Shown here one piece after another: positions 1 to 9,868 of a stretch of 62,477 bases of DNA. The notes below the pieces were generated by a model. The model made no database searches. It saw only the letters and a list, made by a program, of their open reading frames with translations, and was not told where the DNA came from. Source of the stretch: a virus (lineage: Duplodnaviria; Caudoviricetes). Both the position numbers and the translations under genes were made by a program. The first letter of the stretch is position 1. Every line of letters starts with the position of its first letter. Location: IMG/VR virus record IMGVR_UViG_3300025286_000008, positions 1 through 62,477 of that record; one strand, given 5' to 3'.

Positions 1-24
1 ATCCAATTATTTGCGTCGTACAAA

Positions 25-846
25 ATGACGCAAATAATTGGATTTGCTGGTAAAAAGCAAAGTGGCAAAAACACGGCTTGTAACTTCATTATGATGCTTA
101 AACTGAAGCAGTATAATATTTCTAGGAATATTAGAATTAATGAACTTACTGGCGAGCTAGAAGTACAAGATGTACTGGAGCAAACCGTTCCTGGGATGGA
201 CTGGTTTCCGTTTAGACCTCCCTACGTTAATGTTGATGGTCTGTGCCAGTCTATAGGTCCATTCTGTAAGATATACGCCTTGGCCGATGCCCTCAAGCGT
301 ACTGCTATTGATGTCTTGGGACTGGAAGAGGATAAGGTATATGGAACGGATTCAGATAAGCAGGAAGTAACTCACTTGCTTTGGGAGGATATGCCAGGAG
401 TAACTGACGACGGTTCTGTCGATTTGGACACTATGGCTAAACTTGGGATGACCTATCACATACCAGGAAATATGACCATCCGTGAAGTGTTGCAGTACAT
501 GGGAACAGAGGTCTTTCGTAAGATGTATGACACGGTATGGGTTGATACCTTACTTCGTAGGATTAAAAGAGAGCAACCAGAAGTAGCATTGATATGTGAT
601 GTCCGCTTTGAAAATGAAACAAGTATCTTAAAAGAAGCGGGTGCTACCATCCTCGGACTAGACCGAGATATTTTCGAGTCTAAAGACACCCATGCCAGCG
701 AGCAGATTAACTTTGACTTGTGCGATGTGGTCATTAAGAACCACTCAATGAATATAGAGGAGCAATGTGCGTCTATCTACCAAGCCATTTCTCGACTTAG
801 GTGCGAGAACATTCCTCGGTTGATTGTATCACAAGAACCCTCCTAA
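25..846 (+). CDS. Deoxynucleoside monophosphate kinase (T4 gp1-like)
   Basis: P-loop IIGFAGKKQSGKNT, REVLQYMGTEVFR and DVRFENE motifs typical of phage dNMP kinases. Confidence 0.85.
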   Translation: MTQIIGFAGKKQSGKNTACNFIMMLKLKQYNISRNIRINELTGELEVQDVLEQTVPGMDWFPFRPPYVNVDGLCQSIGPFCKIYALADALKRTAIDVLGLEEDKVYGTDSDKQEVTHLLWEDMPGVTDDGSVDLDTMAKLGMTYHIPGNMTIREVLQYMGTEVFRKMYDTVWVDTLLRRIKREQPEVALICDVRFENETSILKEAGATILGLDRDIFESKDTHASEQINFDLCDVVIKNHSMNIEEQCASIYQAISRLRCENIPRLIVSQEPS

Positions 847-858
847 GAGGATTAATAA

Positions 859-1953
859 ATGAGTATTCCAATTGTATATTTCCGTAGCAGTTCATTTAAT
901 TGCCATCGGTTCTGTGAGATGCAGTATCTATTTGAATATGGTCTAGGCTATAAGGGGCCGTCAAATAAAAAGGCTGACAAGGGTAGCATCGTTCACAAGG
1001 TTTTGGAAATTTGTGCTCTATGTAAGAAGGCTCACCAAGAAGGCGAGTCTATGATTATTGATGGTGATATTGGAGAGGTAGAAACGGCAAACTATGATCC
1101 AGAATATTTGGGCGATGTAGCTGCCAGGGTCTATCAGGACTACATTAAGGGCGTAGCCCATCACAAGTGGACAGACCGAGACTTTAAAGACATCGTAAGC
1201 TGGACATGGAAAACCTTGAAATATAACGACGGCATGCTTGATCCAAGAAAGCTCAATGTCGTGGACGCCGAACCGTTCTTCGATTTTGAACTACCTCATG
1301 AGTGGGCCAAGTACGATTATCCAGAGCAAGGATTGAAAGGTAGTCTGGGGCTCAAGGGAACAATTGACTTAATTTCCGATATGGGCGATGGGGTCTATGA
1401 AGTAATAGATTGGAAAACTGGACGACGCCTGGACTGGGCAACGGGACAAACTAAGGATCAGCACAAGCTTTTCTCGGACGCACAGCTTCGCCTGTATCAC
1501 TATGCTGTCAAGCAGATGTATCCGCACGTTTCAACTTTTTTGGTTACTATCATGTTTGTTAATGATGGAGGTGCGTATACAGTCCACTTCCAAGACTCTG
1601 ACCTAGAAGAAACAGAAAGAATGATTCAGAAAAGGTTTGAGGCTATCCGAGATACAGAAAAGCCGAGTACAATTCGTGAGAAGGATTACTCCCAGGTATG
1701 GAAATGTTCCAAGCTGTGTCATGCGGGCAAAACAACCTTTGAAGATACCCCGCACATAGTACCGCTGATTGAAGAGCGTCCTGGCAAAGTAACCCGTTAC
1801 AAAGAAACGATGACAAAGTGCGAACAAGTTCGCTATATGATTGACAAGAAAGGTCTTGAGTGGGTCATGGAAAACTACGTTCATCCCGACCATGTGCAAG
1901 GTGCGTATGGAGAGGGTGGGGGTAAAGTACACGATCCTAAAGGTGAAAACTGA
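859..1953 (+). CDS. PD-(D/E)xK exonuclease, Cas4/AddB/RecB-like
   Basis: GSIVHKVLE, GTIDLI..VIDWKTG and QLRLY motifs; N-terminal Cys plus C-terminal CSKLC suggest an Fe-S cluster; RBS GAGGA. Confidence 0.85.
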   Translation: MSIPIVYFRSSSFNCHRFCEMQYLFEYGLGYKGPSNKKADKGSIVHKVLEICALCKKAHQEGESMIIDGDIGEVETANYDPEYLGDVAARVYQDYIKGVAHHKWTDRDFKDIVSWTWKTLKYNDGMLDPRKLNVVDAEPFFDFELPHEWAKYDYPEQGLKGSLGLKGTIDLISDMGDGVYEVIDWKTGRRLDWATGQTKDQHKLFSDAQLRLYHYAVKQMYPHVSTFLVTIMFVNDGGAYTVHFQDSDLEETERMIQKRFEAIRDTEKPSTIREKDYSQVWKCSKLCHAGKTTFEDTPHIVPLIEERPGKVTRYKETMTKCEQVRYMIDKKGLEWVMENYVHPDHVQGAYGEGGGKVHDPKGEN

Positions 1954-3848
1954 TGAAGCATTATACCCCTCTCCACGTACATTCGGAATACTCGCTTTTA
2001 GATGGCCTGAGCCAGTGTGAGGATATTGCAGAACGTACTGAGCAGATTGGCTCTAAGGCTTGTGCTATCACGGACCACGGAAGTGTCAGTGCCGCAGTTG
2101 ACTTCTTTGACAAGATGAAGACTAAGGGGTTAAAGCCCATTCTTGGTTGTGAAATGTATGTGTGCAGAGAAGACGTTCTAAATAGAAGCAAGGAAAATAG
2201 AGCATTAGATCATCAGGTGGTGCTAGCTAAAAATGAGCAGGGTTGGAAAGACTTGCTTGGCCTATCGTCAACAGCAAATCGCCCAGAACACTATTATTAT
2301 CGCCCCCGAATCGACCTTGACCTATTGGCAAAGGCCGGTAGTCAGAAGAATTTGGTGTCTTTTAGCGGTCATCTAGGGTCAATGCTAGCCAATGCCATTA
2401 CTGATGGAGACAGGCTAGACCCCGACTGGATGAAGAAGGGCATGTATTGTGCTAAAAATCTAGAAGTCGTATTCGGCAAGGGTAACTTCTTTATCGAGAT
2501 ACAACTTATTGATTCTAAAATAAATACCTTCGCTGGTATGGTGGGTAAGGCACTGAGGTACATCGCTGCGAATACAGGCATCCCCTGTGTAGCCACTCCA
2601 GACGCTCACTATTGCACCCGAGAAGACGCCGAAGATCAAAGGGTCTTGCTATGTACCTCTTTTAAAAAGACCATAGGAGAGGTGCAGCGTGACCTGAGCG
2701 AGGGCAAGGCCAATCGTACCCTCCAAACGTTCTTCCAGTCAGACAACTACCATATCCCATCTCTAGAGGATATGCAAGAGTTTCATACAGACGAAGAACT
2801 AGCCAATACAAACGTTATTGCAGATATGTGTGAGGACTATAATATCTTAGCCCCGCCGAATCCTCCCAAGTTTACATGTCCCGATGGCTCAGACCCCAAC
2901 GACTACCTACGCTTTCTCTGTCGTCAGGGATGGGAAGGTAAGATGGGGCATATTGATACACTGTCTACGGACTTTTCAAAATATGGAGAGCGTGTTAATC
3001 ACGAATTAGATGTATTTACTGGAGTTAACCTGTCTAGCTATTTCCTCATAGTGGACGACATCTTGCAGTTTACCAGAAACCAGGGCTATTTAACGGGTCC
3101 AGGTAGAGGTTCTGCCGCAGGATGTATGGTATCATACCTATTAAACATCACTCAGGTAGACCCAATTCCCTACAACCTAGTCTTTGAACGATTCTATAAC
3201 TTAGGACGTAATGCTCCAGGGCATATTTCGTGGCCTGACATTGACTTTGATGTTCCGAAAGAAGCTAGACCCGAGATCATAGAATATGTTAGAAATAAAT
3301 ATGGTAAAGAGAATGTGGCTCAGATCATTACATTCCAAACCTTGAAAGGTCGAGCCTCGTTAAAGCGAGTTATGGCTGCTCGTGGCAACATCTCGTTTGA
3401 CGAACAGAACTCTATTACCTCTCACATCGTAGACGAGAGTAAAATCTCAGATGAATTGGGAGACATTAAACAAGAGTATGGCATCTCGTCTACTATATTG
3501 TGGGCCTTAGAGAATAAGGCAGATCAATTGAAGCCCTGGGTTCAGTTGGGAAGCAACGGTCACAAGCTAGAGGGGCCGATGGCTCGTATCTTTGAACAGG
3601 CTATTCGTTTAGAAAAAACTAAAATTATTTCAGGTAAGCATGCGGCTGGTATAGTAATCTCTGCTAATCCTATTAGTGATTCCTGCCCTATGGTCTTAGA
3701 CAAGGGCGGAAAGCATATGCTAGCAGGGTTTGAAGGGCCGCACTGTGAACAGGTTAGTTTATTAAAATTGGATTGTCTAGGGTTGTCTACCTTAGATAGA
3801 GTTAGTGACGCCGTTAAAATCATAGCAGGAGAAGATGATGAAGATTGA
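1953..3848 (+). CDS. dnaE: DNA polymerase III alpha subunit, N-terminal part (PHP + palm/thumb)
   Basis: PHP motifs LHVHSEYSLLDG, TDHG, GCE, PDAHY; GPGRGSAAG, PDIDFD, GKHAAG; ends shortly after LLKLDCLGL. Confidence 0.95.
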   Translation: MKHYTPLHVHSEYSLLDGLSQCEDIAERTEQIGSKACAITDHGSVSAAVDFFDKMKTKGLKPILGCEMYVCREDVLNRSKENRALDHQVVLAKNEQGWKDLLGLSSTANRPEHYYYRPRIDLDLLAKAGSQKNLVSFSGHLGSMLANAITDGDRLDPDWMKKGMYCAKNLEVVFGKGNFFIEIQLIDSKINTFAGMVGKALRYIAANTGIPCVATPDAHYCTREDAEDQRVLLCTSFKKTIGEVQRDLSEGKANRTLQTFFQSDNYHIPSLEDMQEFHTDEELANTNVIADMCEDYNILAPPNPPKFTCPDGSDPNDYLRFLCRQGWEGKMGHIDTLSTDFSKYGERVNHELDVFTGVNLSSYFLIVDDILQFTRNQGYLTGPGRGSAAGCMVSYLLNITQVDPIPYNLVFERFYNLGRNAPGHISWPDIDFDVPKEARPEIIEYVRNKYGKENVAQIITFQTLKGRASLKRVMAARGNISFDEQNSITSHIVDESKISDELGDIKQEYGISSTILWALENKADQLKPWVQLGSNGHKLEGPMARIFEQAIRLEKTKIISGKHAAGIVISANPISDSCPMVLDKGGKHMLAGFEGPHCEQVSLLKLDCLGLSTLDRVSDAVKIIAGEDDED

Positions 3849-4068
3849 AAATATTAGAAAGTTTCGTATTGATATGTTGAAGCTGTCTCAGGGCTACCCC
3901 TTTCTTAAAAGGATCGTAGTCACTAAGGATGCTTGGGAAGAACTGTGTGGTTCACTTGATCGTGATATCGAAGCACAGCCAGGAACAGTGAGTCTGCACA
4001 TTAAAGATAGAGAAGGGTCTATCCGGTTCCATGAACTGCTGATAGAGTGTGAGGATTGCGAAGACTAG
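3835..4068 (+). CDS. Hypothetical protein
   Basis: 77-aa ORF overlapping the dnaE-N stop, AGGAG upstream. Confidence 0.55.
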   Translation: MMKIENIRKFRIDMLKLSQGYPFLKRIVVTKDAWEELCGSLDRDIEAQPGTVSLHIKDREGSIRFHELLIECEDCED

Positions 4069-4104
4069 ACGCCACGGACGACTAAGATTCAAGGGAATGT
4101 AAGG

Positions 4105-4368
4105 ATGTTTAAAGAAGTCTCGCAAGAAATAGCTGCTCAGTGTTGGCGTGATTTTAACACTAAGCATCTTCCGATGGACCCAAACCTAGCCGAAGCGTTT
4201 GCATCTAGAATAGATGATCTAATAAAGGGCTTAGAGGAAGCCTGGAGCATTATTGAAAAGGCCGAAGATTGGAAAGACGGCTCTTTTGAATGGAGGGATT
4301 CTGCCCGACACTGGAGAGATTCTGTCTACCGACCTATCTTAAAAAAGGATATCATAAATGAAGAATAG
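4105..4368 (+). CDS. Hypothetical protein
   Basis: 87-aa ORF in operon context, overlaps the next start. Confidence 0.6.
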   Translation: MFKEVSQEIAAQCWRDFNTKHLPMDPNLAEAFASRIDDLIKGLEEAWSIIEKAEDWKDGSFEWRDSARHWRDSVYRPILKKDIINEE

Positions 4369-5053
4369 CAGATGGTTTATATGCTTTGACTTTGAAACGG
4401 ATGGGAAAAATCCCCATGAATGTAATCCGGTAGAGCTAGCGGCAGTACCGATTGATCCAGACACTCTTGAAATAAAGAGGGATCATTCTTTCAGTGTGCT
4501 GATGCGGCCCCCAGGAATTGATAGCGAAGAATATTTCGACAATGATCGTAAGAAAACGATCCAGTGGCATGCCGATAATGCGGGCTGCTCGTATGAAGAC
4601 ATTGTCAACCGGTGGAAGGAAGGGGTTGCTCAAAAAACCGCATGGAAGCAGTTCTGTGCCTACTGTGCTAAGTACGATGTGGATAAAAGACCAGGACAAT
4701 GGTTCCCGCAACCTATCCCAGTGGCGTATAATCTTATAGGGTATGACTTGATAATTGCTAACCGCTTGTCGGAAAAGCATAAAGCCAAGCTGCCGTTCTC
4801 ACACGTAACCAAAATTGATTTAATGGATTTAATGTTTTTGTGGTTTGAGAACTTGGATGAGCCTAATGATTTAAAGATGGATACACTACGAGACTTTTTA
4901 AAGATTCCATCTCAGGGTCAGGCTCACCTTGCTCTACCCGATGTATACGAAGAAGCCGAGATGTTTGTTCGATTTATGAAGTTCCATAGAAAGCAAGCAA
5001 GCATTGGCAAGTTTAAGGGTTCGTTTGCAAAACAAAAAAGCCACGCAGTATAG
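4358..5053 (+). CDS. DEDDh 3'-5' exonuclease (DnaQ/epsilon-like)
   Basis: ExoI FDFETDG, ExoII YNLIGYD, ExoIII HLALPD. Confidence 0.9.
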   Translation: MKNSRWFICFDFETDGKNPHECNPVELAAVPIDPDTLEIKRDHSFSVLMRPPGIDSEEYFDNDRKKTIQWHADNAGCSYEDIVNRWKEGVAQKTAWKQFCAYCAKYDVDKRPGQWFPQPIPVAYNLIGYDLIIANRLSEKHKAKLPFSHVTKIDLMDLMFLWFENLDEPNDLKMDTLRDFLKIPSQGQAHLALPDVYEEAEMFVRFMKFHRKQASIGKFKGSFAKQKSHAV

Positions 5054-5064
5054 GAAGATAGAAC

Positions 5065-6681
5065 GTGAAAGAGTTTCCCTGCGGTTGTAAATTTGAATTG
5101 AACGATAAGGGCAATCCTATTTTTGAGCCTTATCTAGATAAAATCCGCTTTGACTGTCCCGCTACATGGGATATGATTAGTCAAGGCAATACCAAGGGTA
5201 TTTTTCAGCTTGATTCAAACCTTGGTCAAAGCTACGCCGCAAAAACTCAACCTAATAACATGGAAGAGTTGGCAGACCTGTCAGCCATTATCCGCCCTGG
5301 AACTAAGGATAATGTAGTAGCTGGTAAGTCTCTCACGGATCACTATATCGACCGCAAGCATGGATTAGACCTCGTAGAATACTTGCATCCCGCACTAGAG
5401 CCTCTACTGGAAAGTACCTATGGTATTCTTGTTTATCAAGAAGAAGCCCTAGCTATTGCCAAAGACATCGCTGGATACAATCTGCAAGAGGCAGAGATAT
5501 TGAGGCGAGCTATTGGCAAAAAGAAGGTAGAGCTAATGGCACAGATCAAGAACGAGTTCATTGACAAGGCAGAGGCCAACGGTGTGGTGTCACGAGAAGA
5601 TGCTAAGGAAATCTTTAGCTGGATCGAAAAGTCTCAAAAGTATTCTTTTAATAAATCCCACGCCGTCTGCTATGCTCACAACGGATACCTAACCGCAGTA
5701 ATCAAGGCCCACTTCCCACTCGCTTTCTTTACTTCATGGCTGCGTCATGCCAAGGGTAAGCAAAGGCCGCAGGAGGAAATTCAGGACTTGGTTAATAATG
5801 CTAAGATTATGAACATCGAGATTATGCCGCCCAGCATCTTGAATATGAATAAAACCTTTAAGCTACTTAATGATAAGCCCACTTATGGACTGGCTAATAT
5901 CAAGAGGGTTGGAGACTCAGTATTTTATCAGCTAAGAGATATAGTTAGAGAAAACAACTATGACCTGTCTACCTTCACTTGGGATCAATTCCTAATGAAG
6001 CTAGGAAGACATATTAAATATGACTCTTTCCAGGCCATGATTACAGCAGGAGCACTTGATTGTTATAAAGTATCTAGGATGAAGATGCTCTACGACTTGG
6101 AGCTATATAGAGACTTCAGAGAGTCGGACTATAAGTTTTTAGCTAGCACTGAGCAGGTTACACTTAAGGGTGGCCTAGAAGAGATACTGAGCGAAAAGAT
6201 ACCTAATGAGCGTCGTACCGCACATACCGATAAATTTATTGAGTTGTTTAAAGGGGCCATTACCTCACTTGACAATCCTCCGTATGCTCTAAAAGACTCT
6301 CCTTCGTGGAAAGCTAAGCAAGAGCGTGACCTTCTAGGCATCGAACTCACCTGTACCGAGATCGACGAGTATGATGTCGGAGACGCTAACTGCACCTGCC
6401 TTGAATATGCCGAAGGATTTACCTCGTCGTCAATAGCTATGGCTGTAAAAATAAACGATGTTAGAGAGTGGAAGATTAAGAATGGAAAGAGCAAGGGGCA
6501 AAAAATGGCCTTCCTCAAGGTCAGCGATGGAACCTGTTCTTTAGACAGCGTAACTCTATTCTCAGACTCCTGGGATAAGTATAAAAACGACATTAAAATA
6601 AATAACATTTTACTTTTGCGGGGAGATCGGGATAAGAACAGAGGAAGTTTTCTTGTAAAGCGTGTACAAAAATTAACTTAG
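5065..6681 (+). CDS. dnaE: DNA polymerase III alpha subunit, C-terminal part (fingers, HhH, OB fold)
   Basis: GIFQLDS, IIRPG, TYGILVYQE, RRAIGKKK, YSFNKSHA; C-terminal OB fold (GQKMAFLKVSD); GTG start with AGGA RBS. Confidence 0.95.
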   Translation: MKEFPCGCKFELNDKGNPIFEPYLDKIRFDCPATWDMISQGNTKGIFQLDSNLGQSYAAKTQPNNMEELADLSAIIRPGTKDNVVAGKSLTDHYIDRKHGLDLVEYLHPALEPLLESTYGILVYQEEALAIAKDIAGYNLQEAEILRRAIGKKKVELMAQIKNEFIDKAEANGVVSREDAKEIFSWIEKSQKYSFNKSHAVCYAHNGYLTAVIKAHFPLAFFTSWLRHAKGKQRPQEEIQDLVNNAKIMNIEIMPPSILNMNKTFKLLNDKPTYGLANIKRVGDSVFYQLRDIVRENNYDLSTFTWDQFLMKLGRHIKYDSFQAMITAGALDCYKVSRMKMLYDLELYRDFRESDYKFLASTEQVTLKGGLEEILSEKIPNERRTAHTDKFIELFKGAITSLDNPPYALKDSPSWKAKQERDLLGIELTCTEIDEYDVGDANCTCLEYAEGFTSSSIAMAVKINDVREWKIKNGKSKGQKMAFLKVSDGTCSLDSVTLFSDSWDKYKNDIKINNILLLRGDRDKNRGSFLVKRVQKLT

Positions 6682-6692
6682 TCTAGTATAAT
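6663..6692 (+). promoter_or_regulatory. Possible sigma70-type promoter for the sigma/glycosyltransferase operon
   Basis: TGTACA-18 nt-TATAAT in the short intergenic region before 6704; a second TATAAT abuts the start codon. Confidence 0.35.
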
Positions 6693-6703
6693 AAGGATGT
6701 ATA

Positions 6704-7147
6704 ATGGATCAATTAATCGAAGACAACATGCCTCTGGTGGCATCCATTGTAAAGCAGTTTCAGCCAAGGAATGCAACTGAACGACAGGACTTGTTAGATG
6801 CTGGCAGAATTGGACTATGGAAAGCCCTGAAAAAACACAATCCCTCTCAAGGTTGCATTTCTACTTATGCTTGGAGGCCCATTAGGTGGGCAATAATCCG
6901 AGAGATTAAAAATAGTAAGCATCATGTTTCTATCGAGGATATAACACCACCTCAGACGACTCCTATCGAGAACATCTGGGAATATTATCCTAGCGACATG
7001 ACCGACGAGGAAAAGAATCTAGTAGACCTACGGTGTCAAGGATATAAGTTTAGAGAGATTTGTCAGATTGTAGACGAAACTCCTTCGGTAGTCAAGGGCC
7101 GCTTTTATAAAGCATTACGCAAAATTCAGGAAGCCAATGAGTTATAA
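6704..7147 (+). CDS. RNA polymerase sigma factor (compact sigma70 family, regions 2 and 4)
   Basis: NMPLVASIV, DLLDAGRIGLWKA, STYA..IRWAI (region 2); GYKFREIC HTH (region 4). Confidence 0.85.
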   Translation: MDQLIEDNMPLVASIVKQFQPRNATERQDLLDAGRIGLWKALKKHNPSQGCISTYAWRPIRWAIIREIKNSKHHVSIEDITPPQTTPIENIWEYYPSDMTDEEKNLVDLRCQGYKFREICQIVDETPSVVKGRFYKALRKIQEANEL

Positions 7148-8795
7148 TAGAAAAAAAAGAGTTCTAGTGGTTACTGAGTCCTCCATCCTATCGTCAGGGT
7201 TTGGAGTCTATGGTAAAGAGATTTTAAAGCGGTTGCATAAGAGTGACAAGTATGTGCTGGCTGAGCTAGGGTGTTATTGTAGCCCTACTGCCGTCAACAA
7301 TACTGACTGGCTGACCTACGGCGTAGGCCCGATGGCTGGAGAAGATCAATATGCAAAAGAACATGCTGATAGTCGTAATGCTCAATGGGGGGCTTTACGA
7401 TTTGAACGAGCATGTCTTGACTTTCGGCCAGACGTAGTTGTAACCTATCGTGACCCCTGGATGGATGCGTATATCGCAGACAGTATACTCTTGCCGTTTT
7501 TTCATTGGGTTTGGATGCCTACTATTGACTCCGAGCCGCAAAAGCTAGAATGGCTCTACCAACTATTTAATCGTTGCGACGGCCTAATGGCATATTCAGA
7601 ATATGGTATCAGGTGTTTAGAAGAGCAGACACACGGCAGATTAAAGCCGGTAGCCTGTGCATCTCCTGCCACTGATCCTACTGTATTCCAAATGATTCTT
7701 AATAAGGAAAAACACAAAGAGAGCTTTGGCCTACCCCCTGACAGTTTTATCGTAGGGACTGTCATGAGAAACCAAAAGCGAAAAATGTTTCCTGAATTAA
7801 TGAAGGCTTTTAAAGACTTTGTAAATGAAGCACCTAAAGAGATAGCAGAGAAGTCCTTTCTATACCTTCATACTAGCTATCCAGAAAAGCACGGATGGGA
7901 CATTACTTCCCTTATTCACGAATACGGCCTGGGATCAAAGGCTCTTTGCACCTATACGTGTCGTCAGTGTAAGAAGTTCTTTGTAGCACATTATCGAGAC
8001 GCACTTACCATATGCAACCACTGCAAGGTTCCTGGTGCTTTATTGCCTGGAGTGTCTGCTGGCGTATCAACAGAAGAACTAGTACAGATTTATAACCTCT
8101 TTGACCTATACGCCCAGTACGCCATATGCGAAGGGTTTGGCATGCCTCAAGTTGAAGCAGCCGCCTGTGGTGTTCCAGTAGCGGCCATTGATTATAGTGC
8201 TATGGAAGATGTGGTAAGGTACGTAAAGGGATATCCAATTACACCTGTCTTGGCTAGAGAAATGGAGACTAATGCGGAACGCTCTGGCCCCAATAACCAA
8301 GCATTAAAAGAAATATTTCTAAGGTGTGCCTCGGCAGACAAGAACACCGTTAAAAAGCGTCGTCTGGAAACTAGAAGGGGCTGTGTTGACCGATATACTT
8401 GGGATGGTGCTGCTAAAGCCTGGGAAGATTATATCGACGGCATTGAGCCTAAGAATCTAGAGGGGAAATGGGACCACCCTCCCTTAATGACTCCCCCTCC
8501 AGCCGAGATTCCGCCTAAAATGACACATGCTCAATTTGCGGAGTGGGCTTTTGTAGCCCTCGTACAAGATCAGTACTCAGCCTTTAATTATAAAATGCTT
8601 ACAGTATTACGCGATCTTAATTTTGGTGCTAACTTTGGCCTGGGGTTTGTTAAAAAGTGTACTCAGCAATCAACGTTTGAAGAATTGAACAGGCTAGCTC
8701 AACATAGATTTTTCTTCGACTCCCTCCGCACTGGGCTACATAAAGAGAATGTCCCTGCGTTTGTTGTTGAAGCTCATAAAAGGATTAAAAAATAA
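7137..8795 (+). CDS. GT4-family glycosyltransferase with Zn-ribbon insertion
   Basis: SGFG N-terminal motif, RNQKRK, EGFGMPQVEAAACG (EX7E); CRQC..CNHC insert. Confidence 0.88.
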   Translation: MSYNRKKRVLVVTESSILSSGFGVYGKEILKRLHKSDKYVLAELGCYCSPTAVNNTDWLTYGVGPMAGEDQYAKEHADSRNAQWGALRFERACLDFRPDVVVTYRDPWMDAYIADSILLPFFHWVWMPTIDSEPQKLEWLYQLFNRCDGLMAYSEYGIRCLEEQTHGRLKPVACASPATDPTVFQMILNKEKHKESFGLPPDSFIVGTVMRNQKRKMFPELMKAFKDFVNEAPKEIAEKSFLYLHTSYPEKHGWDITSLIHEYGLGSKALCTYTCRQCKKFFVAHYRDALTICNHCKVPGALLPGVSAGVSTEELVQIYNLFDLYAQYAICEGFGMPQVEAAACGVPVAAIDYSAMEDVVRYVKGYPITPVLAREMETNAERSGPNNQALKEIFLRCASADKNTVKKRRLETRRGCVDRYTWDGAAKAWEDYIDGIEPKNLEGKWDHPPLMTPPPAEIPPKMTHAQFAEWAFVALVQDQYSAFNYKMLTVLRDLNFGANFGLGFVKKCTQQSTFEELNRLAQHRFFFDSLRTGLHKENVPAFVVEAHKRIKK

Positions 8796-9868
8796 TGTTA
8801 GACGTTCTCTATGTTGGTCCGTATAGACAAAATGACGAGTGGGGATATACCAGCAAAGCCCTTGCCACGCTTCTATCCTCACAAGAGGATGTTAATCTAG
8901 TCCTGCGTCCTGTCTGGTTTGCATCTCAGGGCGAAGCACAGGACATAGAAAATATAGAGCAGTATGAAAACGGCGAGTTGTCAACTAAAGACATTCTCAT
9001 TCAGCATGGGCTACCCTCCTTCATTAATTATAACGGAGATTTTAAAAAGAACATAGCCGTATTAGCAGTAGACGGTCGTATTGATAATACCGGATGGTTG
9101 TATAATCTAAACCAGATGGATCAAATTGTTGTTTGTTCAGAGAGTGAAAAAAAACTACTAGAAGAATCGGGGGTGGAGTCGTCTAAAATAGCAGCCTTCC
9201 CATTCCCTCCGTTTTTCCTAACCGCTTCATGCCACATTTTAGATTTAAATTTGTCGGGAACTTCTTTTTATACAGTAGGTTCGTTGGATACCAAGTCAGG
9301 ACTGTTAGAGACACTCACTGCATTTTTATCAACCTTTAATATTGGCCAAGCTGTTAACCTGATTGTTGCCTGTCCTAATGCAGAGCAGGTTCAGGCGAAG
9401 GTAAAGGAGTTGAAAGACTCACTAGGTATTTATAAGCAGGGTTCATACTATCCAAATATTATGGTGATTAATAGTGACAAGCTAGAAGTTGTAAACTATC
9501 TGCATCATGCGGCAGACTTTTTTATAGACGTATCTTATAATGCTATTCCTAGCCAAAACCTGTTAAGGTCAATTGCTAGAGGTAGTATTCCAATAGTTCC
9601 TGACACTGTTAACTTATTTGATGACAATCCTTTTGCTGTTGGTACATATGAAGAGGTTTGTGTTTATCCTGATAGGCCGGTTGCTAACCTGTGGTGCGGA
9701 GAGTCTACATGGAGTAAGCCGATTATGAACAGCTTAAGGGAAAAAATGATAGAGGCCACCCTTCAAGGTGAAAGCGTCGAGATAGCAATGCAAAGACTAT
9801 TAAGTTTCAAGAGTAGGCTTTTTACAGGGCATAACGCCGCCGTTAAGGAAATACTATGTTTGCGATAG
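8795..9868 (+). CDS. GT-B fold glycosyltransferase-like protein (divergent)
   Basis: VLYVGPY..WGY N-terminus and KSGL..LTAF segment resemble GT4; the EX7E motif is degenerate. Confidence 0.6.
   Translation: MLDVLYVGPYRQNDEWGYTSKALATLLSSQEDVNLVLRPVWFASQGEAQDIENIEQYENGELSTKDILIQHGLPSFINYNGDFKKNIAVLAVDGRIDNTGWLYNLNQMDQIVVCSESEKKLLEESGVESSKIAAFPFPPFFLTASCHILDLNLSGTSFYTVGSLDTKSGLLETLTAFLSTFNIGQAVNLIVACPNAEQVQAKVKELKDSLGIYKQGSYYPNIMVINSDKLEVVNYLHHAADFFIDVSYNAIPSQNLLRSIARGSIPIVPDTVNLFDDNPFAVGTYEEVCVYPDRPVANLWCGESTWSKPIMNSLREKMIEATLQGESVEIAMQRLLSFKSRLFTGHNAAVKEILCLR

Noticed and set aside
859-1953. CRISPR-Cas system suggested by the Cas4-like gene
   Set aside because: No repeat-spacer array or other cas genes seen.
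3780-5160. Split intein or group I intron in dnaE
   Set aside because: No Cys/Ser-start or His-Asn-end intein blocks at the gene ends; the intervening DNA is fully occupied by ordinary ORFs, including an exonuclease rather than a homing endonuclease.
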